Shown here: piece after piece, positions 13,295 to 27,333 of the stretch
Layout of the letters: each line of letters starts with the position of its first letter
How positions within the stretch are numbered: the stretch's first letter is position 1
Origin: Octopus sinensis
Lineage: Eukaryota
Assembly (NCBI RefSeq): GCF_006345805.1
Contig: NW_021836144.1
Span: 1-64,000 of the forward strand
Length of the DNA stretch: 64,000 nucleotides
Direction: 5' to 3'
Position numbers and translations under genes: made by a program
Notes under the pieces: model-generated
The model's input: only the letters and a program-made list of their open reading frames with translations
Database searches by the model: none
Told to the model about the DNA's origin: nothing

Positions 13295-13442
13295 TAGCGG
13301 TTCGGCAAAAACGACCGATAAAATAAGTACTGGGCTTACAAAGAATAAGTCCCGGGGCCGATTTGCTCGACTAAAGGCGGTGCTCCAGCATGGCCGCAGT
13401 CAAATGACTGAAACAAGTAAATGAGTAAATGAAATGAGTAAA
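13295..13442 (+). mobile_element. SINE family A, young 3' half
   Basis: Near-identical to the 3' domain of 26921-27333; CpGs intact. Confidence 0.85.
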
Positions 13443-13565
13443 TATAGAAACAATAAGGTCATATTAATACAACTTTTTACATGAGATCTTTTAGAAATGT
13501 AAATTACAAATGCCCAAAACCACATATTGATTTGATTCTGACAATTGCAAGCAAAAACAATACCT

Positions 13566-13790
13566 AACAAGAGCATTTAGACAATGCAAGCCTCTGCCAA
13601 GGCAACACCAACATCTTGTCAATAATTAGCCAGAGATGATTTTTAAAATGAGAATATCTGATATAAACTTGACTGCTCTCACAAATGAGAATACTAAAAA
13701 TGAACCTGACTGCTCTCAAAAATTAAGTAAACAAAAACGGTAAAATAATCCAGAATCCTTGTCCAGCACCTGATCAATTCCAATGGTAGT
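13566..13790 (+). mobile_element. Truncated copy of the same Helentron/DINE-like family
   Basis: Shares aacaagagca...gcaacaccaac...atgagaatatctg...aataatccagaatccttgtcc. Confidence 0.65.
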
Positions 13791-14269
13791 CATGGAATGT
13801 GAAGGCAGCTGTAGAAAATTTAATAAAAGTAATAAATAGTTTATCCTTATCTCATAAAGGCCAAAGTTAACAAATTCACCATTCAAAATGGTTTCAAAGG
13901 CAGAGATAATAATAATGAGTTCTACTCAGAAATTTTTTAATGAATAACATGAGATCTTTTGGTTTTCTCTTAAATTCCAGCCTTCCTTTAGTATTCCTGT
14001 TGTTTTAGATTGAATTTGAGATGTATATTGTAAGTATATTGTAAAGTGTTAATATGTATGTATAATATATATATATTATAAAAAATATGCTAGTTTTATT
14101 TAATTTCTGAATGGTTTTGCTGCTGTTTGTTTATGTAGTTTGATTTCTTTATCCATCAGTTTCTACTAAGAGAGAGACACGGGTAAAATTAATAGTAGAG
14201 AAATGAAAATAAAACCTTGGAAACAGCCTAAAGGGAGATAATTACAGATAAAAATCATGTAAAGGTGGT

Positions 14270-14990
14270 ATATTTATTTTCAAAACTGGGCATCAGATGT
14301 CGCACACAAAGGAGAAAACTGTGCTGGTATGGTCATGTGATGCATATGGACAAGGACAGTAGCATAAAGAAGTGCCAATCTCTAATGATGGAGGGAACCT
14401 GTGGAAGAGATAGATCCAGGAAGATGTGGGACCGGGTGGTTAGAAAGAATCTTCAAATGTATGACCACATTGAAGAGATGACAAAGGACTGAGGCTTCTG
14501 CTCATTTGCTGTGCTTATGATGACACATCAAGCTAAGTAAAACTGTCACCATCCATACATACAAGCAGGTCCTTCGCAGCCATGCCTTCTACTTCTCTCT
14601 GCTGAGAGGTTTTTGTTTTGTGGGCTTGAGGTGCCTCATAAAAAGCACTTGTGCTAGTGTCATACAAAAAGCACACATGCCAGTACCATTTGGAAAGCAT
14701 TCATGCCACCACCATGCTGGTGTCATGTTTAAAGTACCCATGCTAGTTCCATATAAAAAGCACCTGTACTGACACCACATAAAAGCACCCGTACCAGTGC
14801 CACATAAAAAGCACCCAGTGCACACTGTAAAATGGTTGGCATTAGGAAGAGCATCCAGCCATAGAAACCTTACCAAAACAGACAATTGGAGCCTGGGCAG
14901 CTCTCTGGCTCGCCATCTCCTGTCAAACTGACCAACCCATGCCAACATAGAAAGCAGACATTAAATGATGATGATGATGATGTTGAAGGA
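14270..14990 (+). mobile_element. RTE-clade LINE 3' end with 3' UTR and (GAT)n tail
   Basis: KLGIRCRTQRRKLCWYGHVMHMDKDSSIKKCQSLMMEGTCGRDRSRKMWDRVV; UTR with tandem aaaaagcac units. Confidence 0.85.
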
Positions 14991-17900
14991 AGTTTTCATA
15001 ATCTTAACATAATGGTGTGATCATATTTGACACTACAAAATTGCAGTTCTAAGATATAGGAATTTAATATATGGTTCCAGCTTCCAAAGAGACATTAAAT
15101 AGATTAGTTAATTTGTCTTATATGGAGCAGATGAAGCAATTATAGTAGACACTTTCACACAAGGTCATGAATGCAGAGTTAAGATAGATATACAAATTAA
15201 AGTATAGGTAAACGATAAATAAGCAAAATTTAGTAAATCTAAATCGAAGTGAAAGGCAGAATAAATACATAATCATCATCATTTAATGTCTGTCTTCCAT
15301 GCTGGCATGGGTTGGATGATTTGACAGTAGCTGGTAATGCTGGGGACTGCACCAAGCTCCAATGTCTGCTTTGGCATGGTTTTACAACTGGTGCCCTACC
15401 TAATGCTACCCAATTTACTGGCTGAACAGGGTGGGTTTTTTTTATGTGGTACCAGCACTGGTGAGATCACCACATAAAACTTGCAAGACAAAGATTCGGA
15501 AACTGAGAAGTGGAGTCTTATTGAAGGAAGTGGATTTTTGCCAGGTGTTGAAAGATGATAAACACAAATTGGGAAAATATACAATTAATTTGGCTTTGAC
15601 AAGTTTGATCTACAAAATAAAATTAACGTTATATATAAAAAGGCTTTAATTTGACAATCAAGAATACCATGAAAAATGGTAGAAAACAGAACAAACACAA
15701 AATTCTATAACAACAGTTAATGACGTGTGCGAGTGTAAGGTGTTATTCTTTTATTTGAAGGGCAACCAGGCTGAATTTTCAAAGTCAATATTGCCCATTA
15801 TAGAAGTATAATAAATACATATTGTATAAAAAAAATATTGAGTAATACATCAGTTCAATGTTAAATTCTTTTCATATATAACATGATATAAAATATAACA
15901 TTAATATGTGTGTGTGTGTGTGTATGTGAATATATTCATATACATGTGTGGTACATGCACATGCAAGAGAAACAGCAATGATATGTGCCTTTAAATGGTG
16001 CATGTATATGTAAAATTATGTCCCTGTTTCTATGTGTTTGACTAATTTGGGATGTAAAGCAATATTTTCAATGTATAAAGTTGTGAAGTTGTAAAAGAAA
16101 TATAAGATCACATACGCATACACATTTTAAATGAACATAACACTGCTGATATACAAATCTTTATGTGTTAACACTATACAAGGCTCTCTTTTGCTGGTGT
16201 TGTTTTGATTCATAGCTGTAATTGATAAGTTAGCACCCAATTGCATCATCCCTTGGAGAAGCTACTGATATCACTGTGTCACCATAGAACTACAACTGTT
16301 AGAAAATGCCAGTATATGAGATAACAGGAGCTGAGTCTGCTAGTTAATATAGCATTGCTCTTGTCACTGACTGATTGTTGGAAATGGCTGATATAATGCT
16401 TCTGCAGTTGCTGTTTTGGTTATTGCAGCTGTCAGTGAACAGTCATGTTAGGGGATTGTTTGAAGGATATTACCATACTTACTCAAACCTTTGCGTGTGA
16501 ATGTGCATCACTGGTAACACATAAACATACCCTTTCTTTTAATAAGAGAGATCCACCACAGAATGAATGTAAATAAACTAGACTGAAAGTTTAATCAAGC
16601 AGATTACGAAAGTGAAAATAAAAAAGAGCAGAGCTGTTGCATAGGGAAGCTATCAGCTTTCAATTGTATAGATAGAAACTTAATCAACTATGCCAACTAA
16701 TCTCATTTTATGGGATTATATTCTACCTTAATATGGCATGGATGTAGTTTCAAAATTTAGAATTCTAACAAATTCTTTACAGCAAGTATTCTTATATATA
16801 CACCTTGTCTCTCTTCCTAATCACTTAACTATGAAATGGGACGGACATCTACAGTCAGTGAGGCAAACTAAATCAGACATAAAAGAATGTATATATATCA
16901 ATGTCATCATTGTCAGCATTCCAGCACCTCAAACTTACAATCACAATTTTTATTTTAAATGTAGAGGAGCTGGTTGGTAAATCTTTGACTCCACATGATG
17001 TATTATACAATGTTGGCTGTCCAGTATAAAATGACTAGAAAACAACACTGGTGGCAATTTTGGTGCATGGCAATCATACTGATAGTGTACCATGAAAATT
17101 TAGCTTTTACTTTTAGCCTGGAGTAAACCCCAGCTTTAAACAACTAACCGTAATACTTCTTAAAAGTACTGTAGAATACTGCATATACATAAATGAATTG
17201 ATGTAGTTAACACATACACACAAATATTGTACACTTTATCCAAAACAAGGCACTATGGTTTATCAGTAAACTTGTGCTCACATCCATGCAATAAAACCAC
17301 TAACTCACGGATGAACAGTATCATATCTCTGTCCAATTTACACAACTAAATCATTTCTATTCCTCTGAACTAGCATGTCACTAAACCCTAAACAAAATGT
17401 CTCACTCTATTCTTTCCTCCTAGAACAGCAATCCTATATAATCCTCGTTTCTTTGTCCACATTTTTTTCAGTCAACAGCAAGCAAAATTTCAGTTGGTTC
17501 ATCTATATCCATCTCTTCAATCTACAACTCCTTATAATAAAAAATATATATATAATCTCTGCCTTTTAAACAAAGCTAACAATTTTGTGAGAAGGATAGA
17601 GTCAATTTTATCAAGCAACTATGTAAGGATGAAGCTCAAAATCAACCTTGGTAAAATGGGATATAACCAAATACTGAAAAATGATTGGTTCAGCATTCTA
17701 GCATATTAGATAAATCTAAATTCACTTCCTTGAACTAATTAACTTTTATTTTTAAAAGGGATGATAATAATTTTAGAATTGAGCAACAACACAAGCAGCA
17801 GCAGTCAAGCATTTTGGTACTATTTGGATGTTTTGCAAATGGATGAATGTGATTTTAAGGACACAGTCATTAACTGCTGGCATTGCATGTCTATACATTA

Positions 17901-18899
17901 TATTTTGAAAAATATTTTTAAGTAAATTCTTTAGCTTTATAATTTGGCATACAAGTTAGGTGAATTTTACTTTGATCTAAGAACAATTCCATTACACTCT
18001 TGATAGAGTTCGTGGAAATTCAACTAAATGACTTTTGATTCAAATATGAAGTCTACAAACCCATCACAAACAAAGTAAATGCACAATTCTTTAACAACAT
18101 TTACTTCATTTCAAACTCTTAGTAAAAGATTCAAGAAAGAAATTGAAAATTTGGAAGCTGTAATTTTAAATACACTCTGAAATATTTGCCAAATCAAATG
18201 ACGGATTTATCCCTTTTTATTTAAGTAGTTACTTTACTTCTGGAAGATAAAATTATAAGATAGTGGTTACAGTTCTTAACTTGAACATTCATCACTAATT
18301 CATTTATTAACCAATCATATTTTACTCAACAACTTTCTACCAACTAGCCATTAACTTAACTTTACCTATGAGCACCAAAGTAAACAACTTACACATATTT
18401 TATGGATCAAGTCCAGAACTATGCTTTGCATTTAAAAACAACATTGATTTTATTAGTTTACAGAGTTATGTTTGGAGACGATAAATAGTTTAGATGTAAG
18501 ATTTGTAGGGAATGAGTTAAAAGAGTTCTTGGCATTTTGTAACAAACATAAACAGGTATGAAACAGAACATATTTTAAAAGTAACAAACCAAGAAAATTA
18601 TGGTCAGTTTTATTTCCTGATTGAGAGATGAATGTATAAGCAGTCTTGAAAGTAGTCTGGACATAAATCTATTTGAAATAGAGGCATCAGTCTCCAGTTA
18701 CCCCTCTTTGCAAAGAGGGTGAATAGCCTGTTGATTAATGCTGAGCTGGTATTTTACAGTTGAAAATCCAAATGTACCATCTTCAGCACTATTGATACCA
18801 AATTACATAACATTTGTTAAATTTACTCCTGCAATGCTATTTCAAGTGTATGTATGCACAACTACGCCTTCACTGGTCTTGTCTGCTTTTCAAATATGG

Positions 18900-19390
18900 C
18901 AGGCTCTTTCTACTGCACAAGCTTTCACTACCTTTCCAAATTGGCCTTCATTATCCCAGAACAGTGGTAAATTGCCAGTGTTATTCACTTCACCTGTCAA
19001 TCACTCTCCAATTAGTCTCACAAGCTGTATCGACCAAAATGATGGTATCCTGTTTCAGAGCGACACTCTGGAACTTCTGGATCTATTTGTTTCTATCAGC
19101 TGTTGCCAACTCATTGCATTTCTTGAAGATGCAACCTGAATTACAAACTGTGGCTCATGGATGCTGTTATCTATCTTAACTTTGTCCAAACCTTTAATTC
19201 TATATCACAAATATGATCTATGGTAAAGCTCTCTGCAAAGGGTACGAAGGCTTATCTTTATAACTGGTTGGGGTCCTTCGTGTTCTGTTGAAAGGAGATA
19301 GTAATAGTACTAAGACGATATCCTGCACCTTATGTGATGCCATCTAGTCTCACACATGGATTTATTCTTGGTCCCCTGTTACTTTTTGCA
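18900..19390 (+). mobile_element. CR1-clade LINE reverse transcriptase relic
   Basis: SPISLTSCI (YRPISLTS motif), YLNFVQTFNSI (YLDFAKAFD motif), LYNWLGSF and HGFILGPLLL (PQGSVLGPLLF motif). Confidence 0.75.
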
Positions 19391-19544
19391 TACATTGGTT
19401 AAATAGATGCACCCTGATGTATGTTACTGTGCAACTTAAGCTAGTCAAAGACAAATGCATCATTATGCACTTGGGAAGGAAAACCCCAAATTTATATAAA
19501 CGAATAAATGCATGCATGTTTGTATACATACACACACTTTTCAT

Positions 19545-20400
19545 CATCAGTATCATTTAATGTCCGTTGTCCATGCTGACATGGGTTGGACGGTTGCCCA
19601 GGGCTAGCCAGCTGGAAGGCTGCACCAGACTCCAGTCTGATTTGGTATGGTTTCTATGGCTGGATGCCCTTCAAAATACCAACCACTGCAAGAGTGTTAT
19701 AGGTGCTCTTACATGCTACTTGCATGACACCAGCATCTACCATGACTGCGATTTTGCTCAGCTTGTAGGGTCTTCCTCTCAAGCACAACATCTCATTGCC
19801 TCATTGCCTCTGTGAGGCCAACGCACAAAATGAACTTGCATCTGTTAGGCCCAATGCTCAAAAGGAACTTACCTCTATAAAGGCCAATGCTCAAAAGGAA
19901 CTCAGCCATTTTGTCTCCGTGAGGCCCAATGCTTGAAAGATACTGTTTACATGCCACTGGTATGGGTGCCTGTTACATGATACCAGCATCAGTCACGATA
20001 ATGATTTCACTCAGCTTGACAAGTCTTCTCAAGCACAGCGTATCATCAAAGGTCTTGATCACTAGCTATTGCCCCTGTGAGGCTCAAAGTTTGAAGATCA
20101 TGCTTCACCATCTCGTCCCATGTCTTCCTGGGTCTACTTCTGCCACAGGTTACCACCACAGTTAGAGATTGGCATTTCTTTACACAGCTGTCCTTGTACA
20201 TATGCATCACATGACCATACCAGTACTGTTGTCTCTCTTGTACACCACATCTGATACCTCTTATGCCTAATTTTTCTCTCAAGATGCTTACACTCTGTCA
20301 AACATGCACACTGACATTGCAGATCCAGTGGCTTCATTTCTTTCAAGCCTACACATGTCCTCGGCTGTTACAGTCCATGTTTCACTGCCATGTAGCATAA
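19545..20400 (-). mobile_element. RTE-clade LINE 3' end (inverted)
   Basis: ORF 20046-20282 REKLGIRGIRCGVQERQQYWYGHVMHM..KKC..GRSRPRKTWDE; (CAT)n tail at left; ~30-bp internal tandem repeats at 19810-19935. Confidence 0.85.
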
Positions 20401-23136
20401 CTGTTTGCAACTTATACAAATGTTTATGCATTGGCTATAAGCTAATATATGGATACACACACACATTAATACACATACACTACCATAAATGTATGCACAT
20501 ATACACAAATATTTAACTGGTCTAATTGGCAACATCCAGCATCACTGAAAAAAATCACATGATGAACTAAGCTTTCAATTAGCAGATTTTAGTTACTTTA
20601 AGCCTTAAATTTTCTGTATTTTAGAAAGAAATTTAGTGTTTTATTCAAATTTTGTGTATATGTTTAATTTTTTTAACCCCACCCAGATCAGAGTGTCCTT
20701 CTGGAAATACTTTTTTTTCTTGACTCTATGTTATAAATTATTCTTGACATATTCATCTGCTTCATACAACCTTTCCTTTGATATTTCCCCATTTGTTAAA
20801 TGATAAATAAATAGGAAAATATCAAGGAAAACATACAAAAGGGCTGAAGTCATCATTCTTCAACCAAAACTTATTTTTTCCACTACAATGATAGTTGTCA
20901 GCATCCCCATTATCATCAATACAACTATAGTCTAATTGTTTTCTATACTTTTGTACAGCATCCTTAACTCAACCCCACCATCTTTCTCATCATGTTCACT
21001 AATCCTTATCAAATAATAAAAGGTCATTTTTGCCAAGAAAAAAAGAGAGAAAGGAATACAAAAGCAAAATACTAATAAAAATATATCCATTTATAAAATA
21101 AATTTAACTATCAAAGTCTACAGTAAATATTGATTTTTATGAGGTCTAGCAAATGGGAAAGATCAAAATACGGGAAAATTAAATACAACAAATATTATAC
21201 TGAGCCCTTAACATTTGCTTCAATATTAGTTCAAATAGGATTAAAATAATTAACCCACACGTTATTTTCATTTTTATCCTTCTAACATTTAAAAAATCTT
21301 AATTATGCATTTTAATGACTCAAGACAAATCCAGTTTGCCTTCGAAGGTTTCAAAGAAGTTTTATTCAAAATAGCTTTCTGCAGCACAAAAACACCTTGT
21401 TCTAACCTGGCCACTCCTACATTTTCTCCTTATCTCTGAGTGCCCTTCTGTGTCTTCTCTTCAAGAACTCTTTTCAAGAATTCATTAAAAAATGATATGA
21501 ATCCTCTAAATGTTTTTCATGCATTTAACACTCTTGAAGAAATGCAACAAATCAAATATGTAACAAATGTGAAAATAACCAGCTGCAATGTGTGTGTGGG
21601 TGCATGTAGCTCTGGCAATGTATAAAATATACGAACCTAAAACATCATAGTGTAGAATCATACTTCAACTCAAAAATATAGACATATTTTAAATACCCGC
21701 AAAATGTTTGAGAAAGGATCATGAATTCTTGTCAATTGAAATCAATTTGTTTTCACAAAAGAAAAAAAAACAATGCTAGAAAATGCCAACCAATATTGTA
21801 CCCTTCGTCATATATGTATTGCTCAATTGTTGGCATTAATTTGACTTAAAATTAAATGTCAAGATCTTATGAGGGATGTATAACATAAGTTCATATATAT
21901 ATATATATGTATATATATATATTTCACACATACATGCATGCAAGCACACGCACAAATGCATGGATGTATGGTTGCATGATTAAGATGTCTTCAATGCAGT
22001 TGTGCAGCTTCTTGCTTTGAACATAACTCAGAGAAAGTTTCTAAGATAATTACAAAGCAGAATGCTCATTTAAAATCTTTGCTAATTACAAGTAAAAGCA
22101 ATGAAGTGTAAAAGTATTTATATGTCATCATATAAAATGACTTATAAGAAGAACCATGAGAAAAACTGTGTAAAAGGAAATTGTGCAAATCCTTTTAGAT
22201 GAACTTAATTTGTAGGTACAACTGTGTGTGTGTGTGTATATATATACAAAATGAAAAGAAGACAAAGAAAATTCTTTAACATCTTTAATTATAAGTTACA
22301 ATTGTTTCCATACCATCTCCATTTGCAATGCCTATTGTCACATATCTTATCTCTTAAATGATATAAGGCCTTAAATATATGCTCGTCCGTCTTTTGTTTC
22401 TTTCTTTCTACACTCACATGTACGTGTGTGTGTGTGTACTAGTTTGCTTGTGAATATGATTACAAGTGGTGTGCGTTTGCATATACCAATAATATTCAAT
22501 TTAGATTTACAAGCATCTCGTTGCAGTCCATTCATAATTACTCACAACTTTCTACATCCAGCCATTCATACACATGCAACCTCCCAACACACACTGACAC
22601 CAAAACAATTACACAATCAAACTTACACCCACTCTAATATCCAAACAGCAATAAACACAGAGTCATCTTTGTTTACTAATTAACAATACACATTCTCATT
22701 AACATGACACTCAACAGTTCCAATTGTCATTTTCTTTTATTTATATCTATCATTAACCATGTTTTTCTATATGCCTAACTTTATTATTACATACCCATTT
22801 GATACCAAAGGTAAGATACTAATATTTAAATGGTAATATCATTGTAAATTTCTGTATGACATTTGTGATAAAACATAATTTATGAGATAAACACATGTTG
22901 TAGGTCAACCAGCATTTTATGACATGTAATTTGTTTGCCAAATGCTAGGTGCTATTTTTCTTCATCATTGTTACTATGTCTTTGATAATCTTTCATTCTT
23001 AAACCAAGTGGATACCACCTTCACATTCTATGGTAGTGACTTTTAATTTGAAGGATTTTTGAAAGAAACAGTATTAGCCAATGACAAATGTAACAAACAT
23101 AACCATGTTTGGATATGGTATTGGATATCAATTTCA

Positions 23137-23169
<33 letters not shown>

Positions 23170-24195
23170 AGTGATTTTGACAGTGGTATTGAAAATGAGT
23201 TCTATATTTCAAAGGAGTGAAATTTTTTTAAAATATTTCTCTTTGAAATGTTCCAGAAAAAGGAACCCAATTACTGCTTTCCCTATGATTGGAAACCCAT
23301 CAATTATTTCCATTTACTTTTTCCGGTTGAAATATCCTAGATGATAACTTTAGAAACAGATCATTATGCAGAACATAAATAAAAGAAAAAAAAAATTAAG
23401 TTAGTCTGACTTTATACATGCTTGGACAAAATACTAACATGACTTGTTTTCAATATGGAGGGCATTAAACTGTCCACGATTACAAGCTACTGGAATACTG
23501 ATGAATCCTTCACTGACCCCTATGTTCTCAATATCAATACTAGACTGCAATTTTTAAAATTGTGTTAGAATTTTTATGTATAAGACACTAGAAGTAATCC
23601 AGAACAAGGAGAACAATATAACTTTTTATCTAATAACATATCTCCAGGACCCTAACCCTAACAAAGGAAATAAGATTCCCCTGGAAAGGAATACTGGTGT
23701 AAAAAAGTCAGAATACTAGTGTAAAAGGGTCAAACATACAAAATGAAATATCCAAGTAAGGAAAATTTGTGAAATAAACACTGGCTTTTGCTGTGGTTTT
23801 AATGTTTATGGTGGGTGGGTGGGTGGGAGATCAAGTGGTTTAGAAATCATCCCCCTCCACATCATAACTAAGGATGAATATTACATTTTGATTGGTAATT
23901 CAGTTTGATCAAACTGAAGATTTGGCAATGAATAAGTGAATGTAAATAGAAAAAGGTTGGATATTAAAAAAGGAAACCTTTGAAAAGAAGTCAAGAAATA
24001 ATCAATGACAGAAAGGAAATTTGTTGGTGACCACGCACAGAGACAAGAAGCAAATTTATTTTCTAACTGCATGTGTTCTACCACATGTGGTTGAATGCGG
24101 CATACTGTTTCTAAATCTTGACTTAAAAAAAAATTACATGGGTAGTATAGATTAGATGAATCAGTTGATGAGCTAATATACAGTTGGTAGACTGG
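23137..24195 (+). pseudogene. Decayed piggyBac (PGBD-like) transposase
   Basis: Colinear motifs with stops and frameshifts: acidic DDDD..SDFDSG tract (from 23137); KPINYFHLLFPVEIS*MITLETDHYAEH (23293-23376); MEGIKLSTITSYWNTDESFTDPYVLNINTRLQF (23455-23553); FPWKG (23676-23690); KHTK*NIQVRKICEINTGFCCGFNVYG (23732-23812); NLLVTTHRDKKQIYFLTA (24018-24071); NYMGSID*MNQLMS*YTVGR (24132-24191, matching YN..MGGVD..DQ). Confidence 0.8.
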
Positions 24196-25214
24196 GAGAT
24201 AAGAGAGGTTGGAGCAATAAGAGTTTTGGTATTGAGTAAATATGAATCTTAATGTTTTTTTTCACAAAACTGATTGACTACCAAAAGTTCTGAACAGATC
24301 ATGCAAAGCAATTGAAGGCGAGCTATTTATACAAATAAATAAATAAATAAATAAATAAAATAATTCAATGAATTAATAAAAAGACCACAAGTAAAAAAAT
24401 AACTGTTAGAAGAAAAGATAACCCTCTGAATTCAGTCAATCTCTGCCAAACTAAAATAAACCAATGGTTGTAAGAGTTTGTGCTGAGAATGCCAATATGA
24501 AGAAAGAAAAGCTCTTAGTGGACAGTCAATTTAAATGATTTTTCAATATGCATTATGCAAAGTAGGAAGCTTAAGAACTCACTAAGAAAAAAATATGTTA
24601 CATAATTTGTTCATAATTTAATTACATAAAAATAATTTTCAAATTTAGCACATTTTCAATTTTTAATTTACCTGTAAGGTGAATAACAAATTCTACTTAA
24701 ATATATTAGTGAATCTCTTGTATTTGTATATCATTTTTGTGTGTGTTTATATTTATAAGGTATTTATTTCATTTTGTAATTTTCTTGAAGCAGTTTGATA
24801 AATTTCAATATTTCATGTTATTTTCATCGTTATATGCAGTCAAGTTCAACTGAAAATCTAATAACATACATTCTTCTATACTACAATTCTGTTAAATATC
24901 TCATCTAAATATACTGGCTAGTACTTCATTTTACATGATGATACTGAAATAATTTTGCATGCTATTGAATTTAATTACCATAATTTTAAGATAAACATAC
25001 TACCACAGAATCATTTAGTAAATTGTGTTAAAAACACCACATTCATTCATTCACTAATTAGCAAAAACATGATAATATTGTTTTATAAAACTAATTTAAG
25101 CTCTTTATTGTTTTAGAATATAATTGAAACGCATATGAAGTATACATCATTTAGATTTATAGAAGTGGAATCGGTTAGAGCCTGACTACTCAGTATCTTT
25201 TCTTCCTTTATTTC

Positions 25215-25606
25215 GTTCTTGAGGAGACCTTTTGAGTCAAGTACATCAACACCAGCAACAAAATAAAAATCAAATGGAAATTGTAGTTAAGATACTCGTG
25301 CCGGTGACACATAAAAAGCACCGTTCAAACGCGGCAGATGCCAGTGCTGCCTGACTGGTGTCCATGTCGGTGACACGTAAAAGCACCAACTGATCATGGC
25401 TGTTTGCCAGCCTCTGCTGGCATGCAAAAAAGCACCCACTACACTCACGGAGTGGTTGGCGTTAGGAAGGGCATCCAGCTGTAGAAACACTGCCAGATCA
25501 GACTGGGGTCTGGTGCAGCCTCCTGGCTTCCAAGACCCCGGTCAAATCGTCAAACCCATGCTAGCCTGGTAAAAAAGACGTTAAACAATGATGATGATGA
25601 TGATGA
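25215..25606 (+). mobile_element. RTE-3'-UTR-related short retroposon with (GAT)n tail; similar copies at about 330-550, 11080-11300, 15270-15480 (-), 29930-30140 (-), 56420-56625 and 58290-58565
   Basis: Shared gtggttggc(g/a)ttaggaagggcatccagc...caacccatgc.agcatgg...tgatgatg core and tandem aaaagcac units. Confidence 0.75.
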
Positions 25607-26169
25607 CTTCAGTCTTATATATTTACCTCTCTATTTGACTACAATCTTTTGTTTAGTGAAATATCTATGAACCTTTTACTGCTCCATCCACACATCTAAC
25701 TCCATAATGAACAACTTCCCTCAAGGATCCCTACAATCACTCACTAATTACTCATTTCCCCTGTCATGATCATCACTTACTATATTTTCCAGATGAAAAT
25801 TGTATTATTTACTCTCAAACACTCAAACTGAGCCAAGATCTCCTGTGAATCTTCATGAGTGGAAAAACCAAGAGATGAAATTGTATATATTTGAAATTCA
25901 AAAGACCTAGATCCCAATTTTGTCTCTCAATTCTTCAGTCAGTGAGGTATCACGGGGCTTTAGGTTTTATATCATACACACATGTTTGTATACATATACA
26001 TACATACACATTCTCAAAAGTATATATACATATGTACTTAAACACGTGTATGCTTGAGTAACCATATTCACACATATGCATATTTGTACTAGCACATATT
26101 TGAATCAGTACACAATTTAACGCTAAACAGTTTGTTTAATCATTAATGGTATAGAAATGAAGAAGGAGG

Positions 26170-26211
<42 letters not shown>

Positions 26212-26235
26212 TCTACACCCCCCCCCCACACACAC

Positions 26236-26272
<37 letters not shown>

Positions 26273-26581
26273 AGAAGTCTTTATATGTTGTATTTTTTAA
26301 AAATCTGTTTGTAGCCTGTGTATCTTAATAAATTTATAGACCATGTTTAGAACAATAGAAGAGACTGTACCCATACAAATGTAGCACCTGCTTTTATCCT
26401 ATACTACATGAACCAAATGCTCAGTGTTTACAGAATGGGTGATTATGTCCCAAGAAGCTAACAATGGAACTGAAAAGCATTTGGGTGTTTAGGTAGGATG
26501 TGTAATATGCATATGTGAAGAAATAAGGAAAAGAAATGGCTATAAAATTAAACACAAAAAATTATTTTATTAAATATCGTA

Positions 26582-26830
26582 CACAGGTAGACATACCATT
26601 TCTTTACTACCCACAAGGGGCTAAACATAGAGGGGACAAATAAGGACAGACAAATGGATTAAGTCGATTACATCGACCCCAGTGCGTAACTGGTACTTAA
26701 TTTATCGACCCTGAAAGGATGAAAGGCAAAGTCGACCTCAGCGGAATTTGAACTCAGAACGTAGCGACAGGCAAAATACCGCTAAGCATTTTGCCTGGCG
26801 TGCTAACAATTCTGCCAGCTTGCCACCTTA
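26582..26830 (-). mobile_element. tRNA-derived SINE, family B; another copy at 57235-57452 (-)
   Basis: Reverse strand reads aggtggcaagctggcagaa...gagttcaaattcc (B box)...gtcgactttgcctttcatcctttc. Confidence 0.8.
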
Positions 26831-26920
26831 GGCATACACAGGTAGACATACACCCGCACCACACACACTCATATATTAACAGCCACTCACCTATAATATT
26901 TTGGTATATAATATATATAC

Positions 26921-27333
26921 CAGGAGTGGCTGTGTGGTAAGTAGCTTGCTAACCAAGCACATGGTTCCGGGTTCAGTCCCACTGCGTGGCATCTTGGGCA
27001 AGTGTCTTCTGCTATAGCCCCGGGCCGACCAATGCCTTGTGAGTGGATTTGGTAGACGGAAACTGAAAGAAGCCTGTCGTATATATGTATATATATATAA
27101 GTGTGTGTGTGTATATGTTTGTGTGTCTGTGTTTGTCCCCCTAGCATTGCTTGACATCCGATGCTGGTGTGTTTATGTCCCCGTCACTTAGCGGTTCAGC
27201 AAAAGAGACCGATAGAATAAGTACTGGGCTTACAAAGAATAAGTGTCGGGGTCGATTTGCTCGACTAAAGGCGGTGCTCCAGCATGGCCACAGTCAAATG
27301 ACTGAAACAAGTAAAAGAGTAAAGATTAAAAGA
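26921..27333 (+). mobile_element. tRNA-derived SINE, family A, full length with internal TA/TG microsatellite
   Basis: A box tggctgtgtgg, B box ggttcagtccc and the same 3' domain. Confidence 0.9.

Noticed and set aside
14640-14830. Periodic aaaaagcac units (also at 340-430 and 58290-58470) that could be mistaken for a CRISPR array
   Set aside because: The units are degenerate, there are no unique spacers, the context is eukaryotic and they lie inside RTE-related 3' UTR repeats.
23439-23544. Apparent minus-strand exon (ttgcag|SSIDIENIGVSEGFISIPVACNRGQFNALHIENKS|GTTAGT) with a ctaac branch site, phase-compatible with the Ig exon
   Set aside because: It lacks the required Ig C-strand Trp and is the antisense of a clear piggyBac transposase block, which explains the open frame. 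It could at most be a cryptic exon.
23650-23662. ccctaaccctaac telomere-like repeat
   Set aside because: Only two units, within the piggyBac relic.
27260-27320. SINE 3' end gtcaaatgactGAAACaaGTA resembling a hammerhead half
   Set aside because: No CUGANGA core upstream; better explained as the SINE terminal stem-loop.
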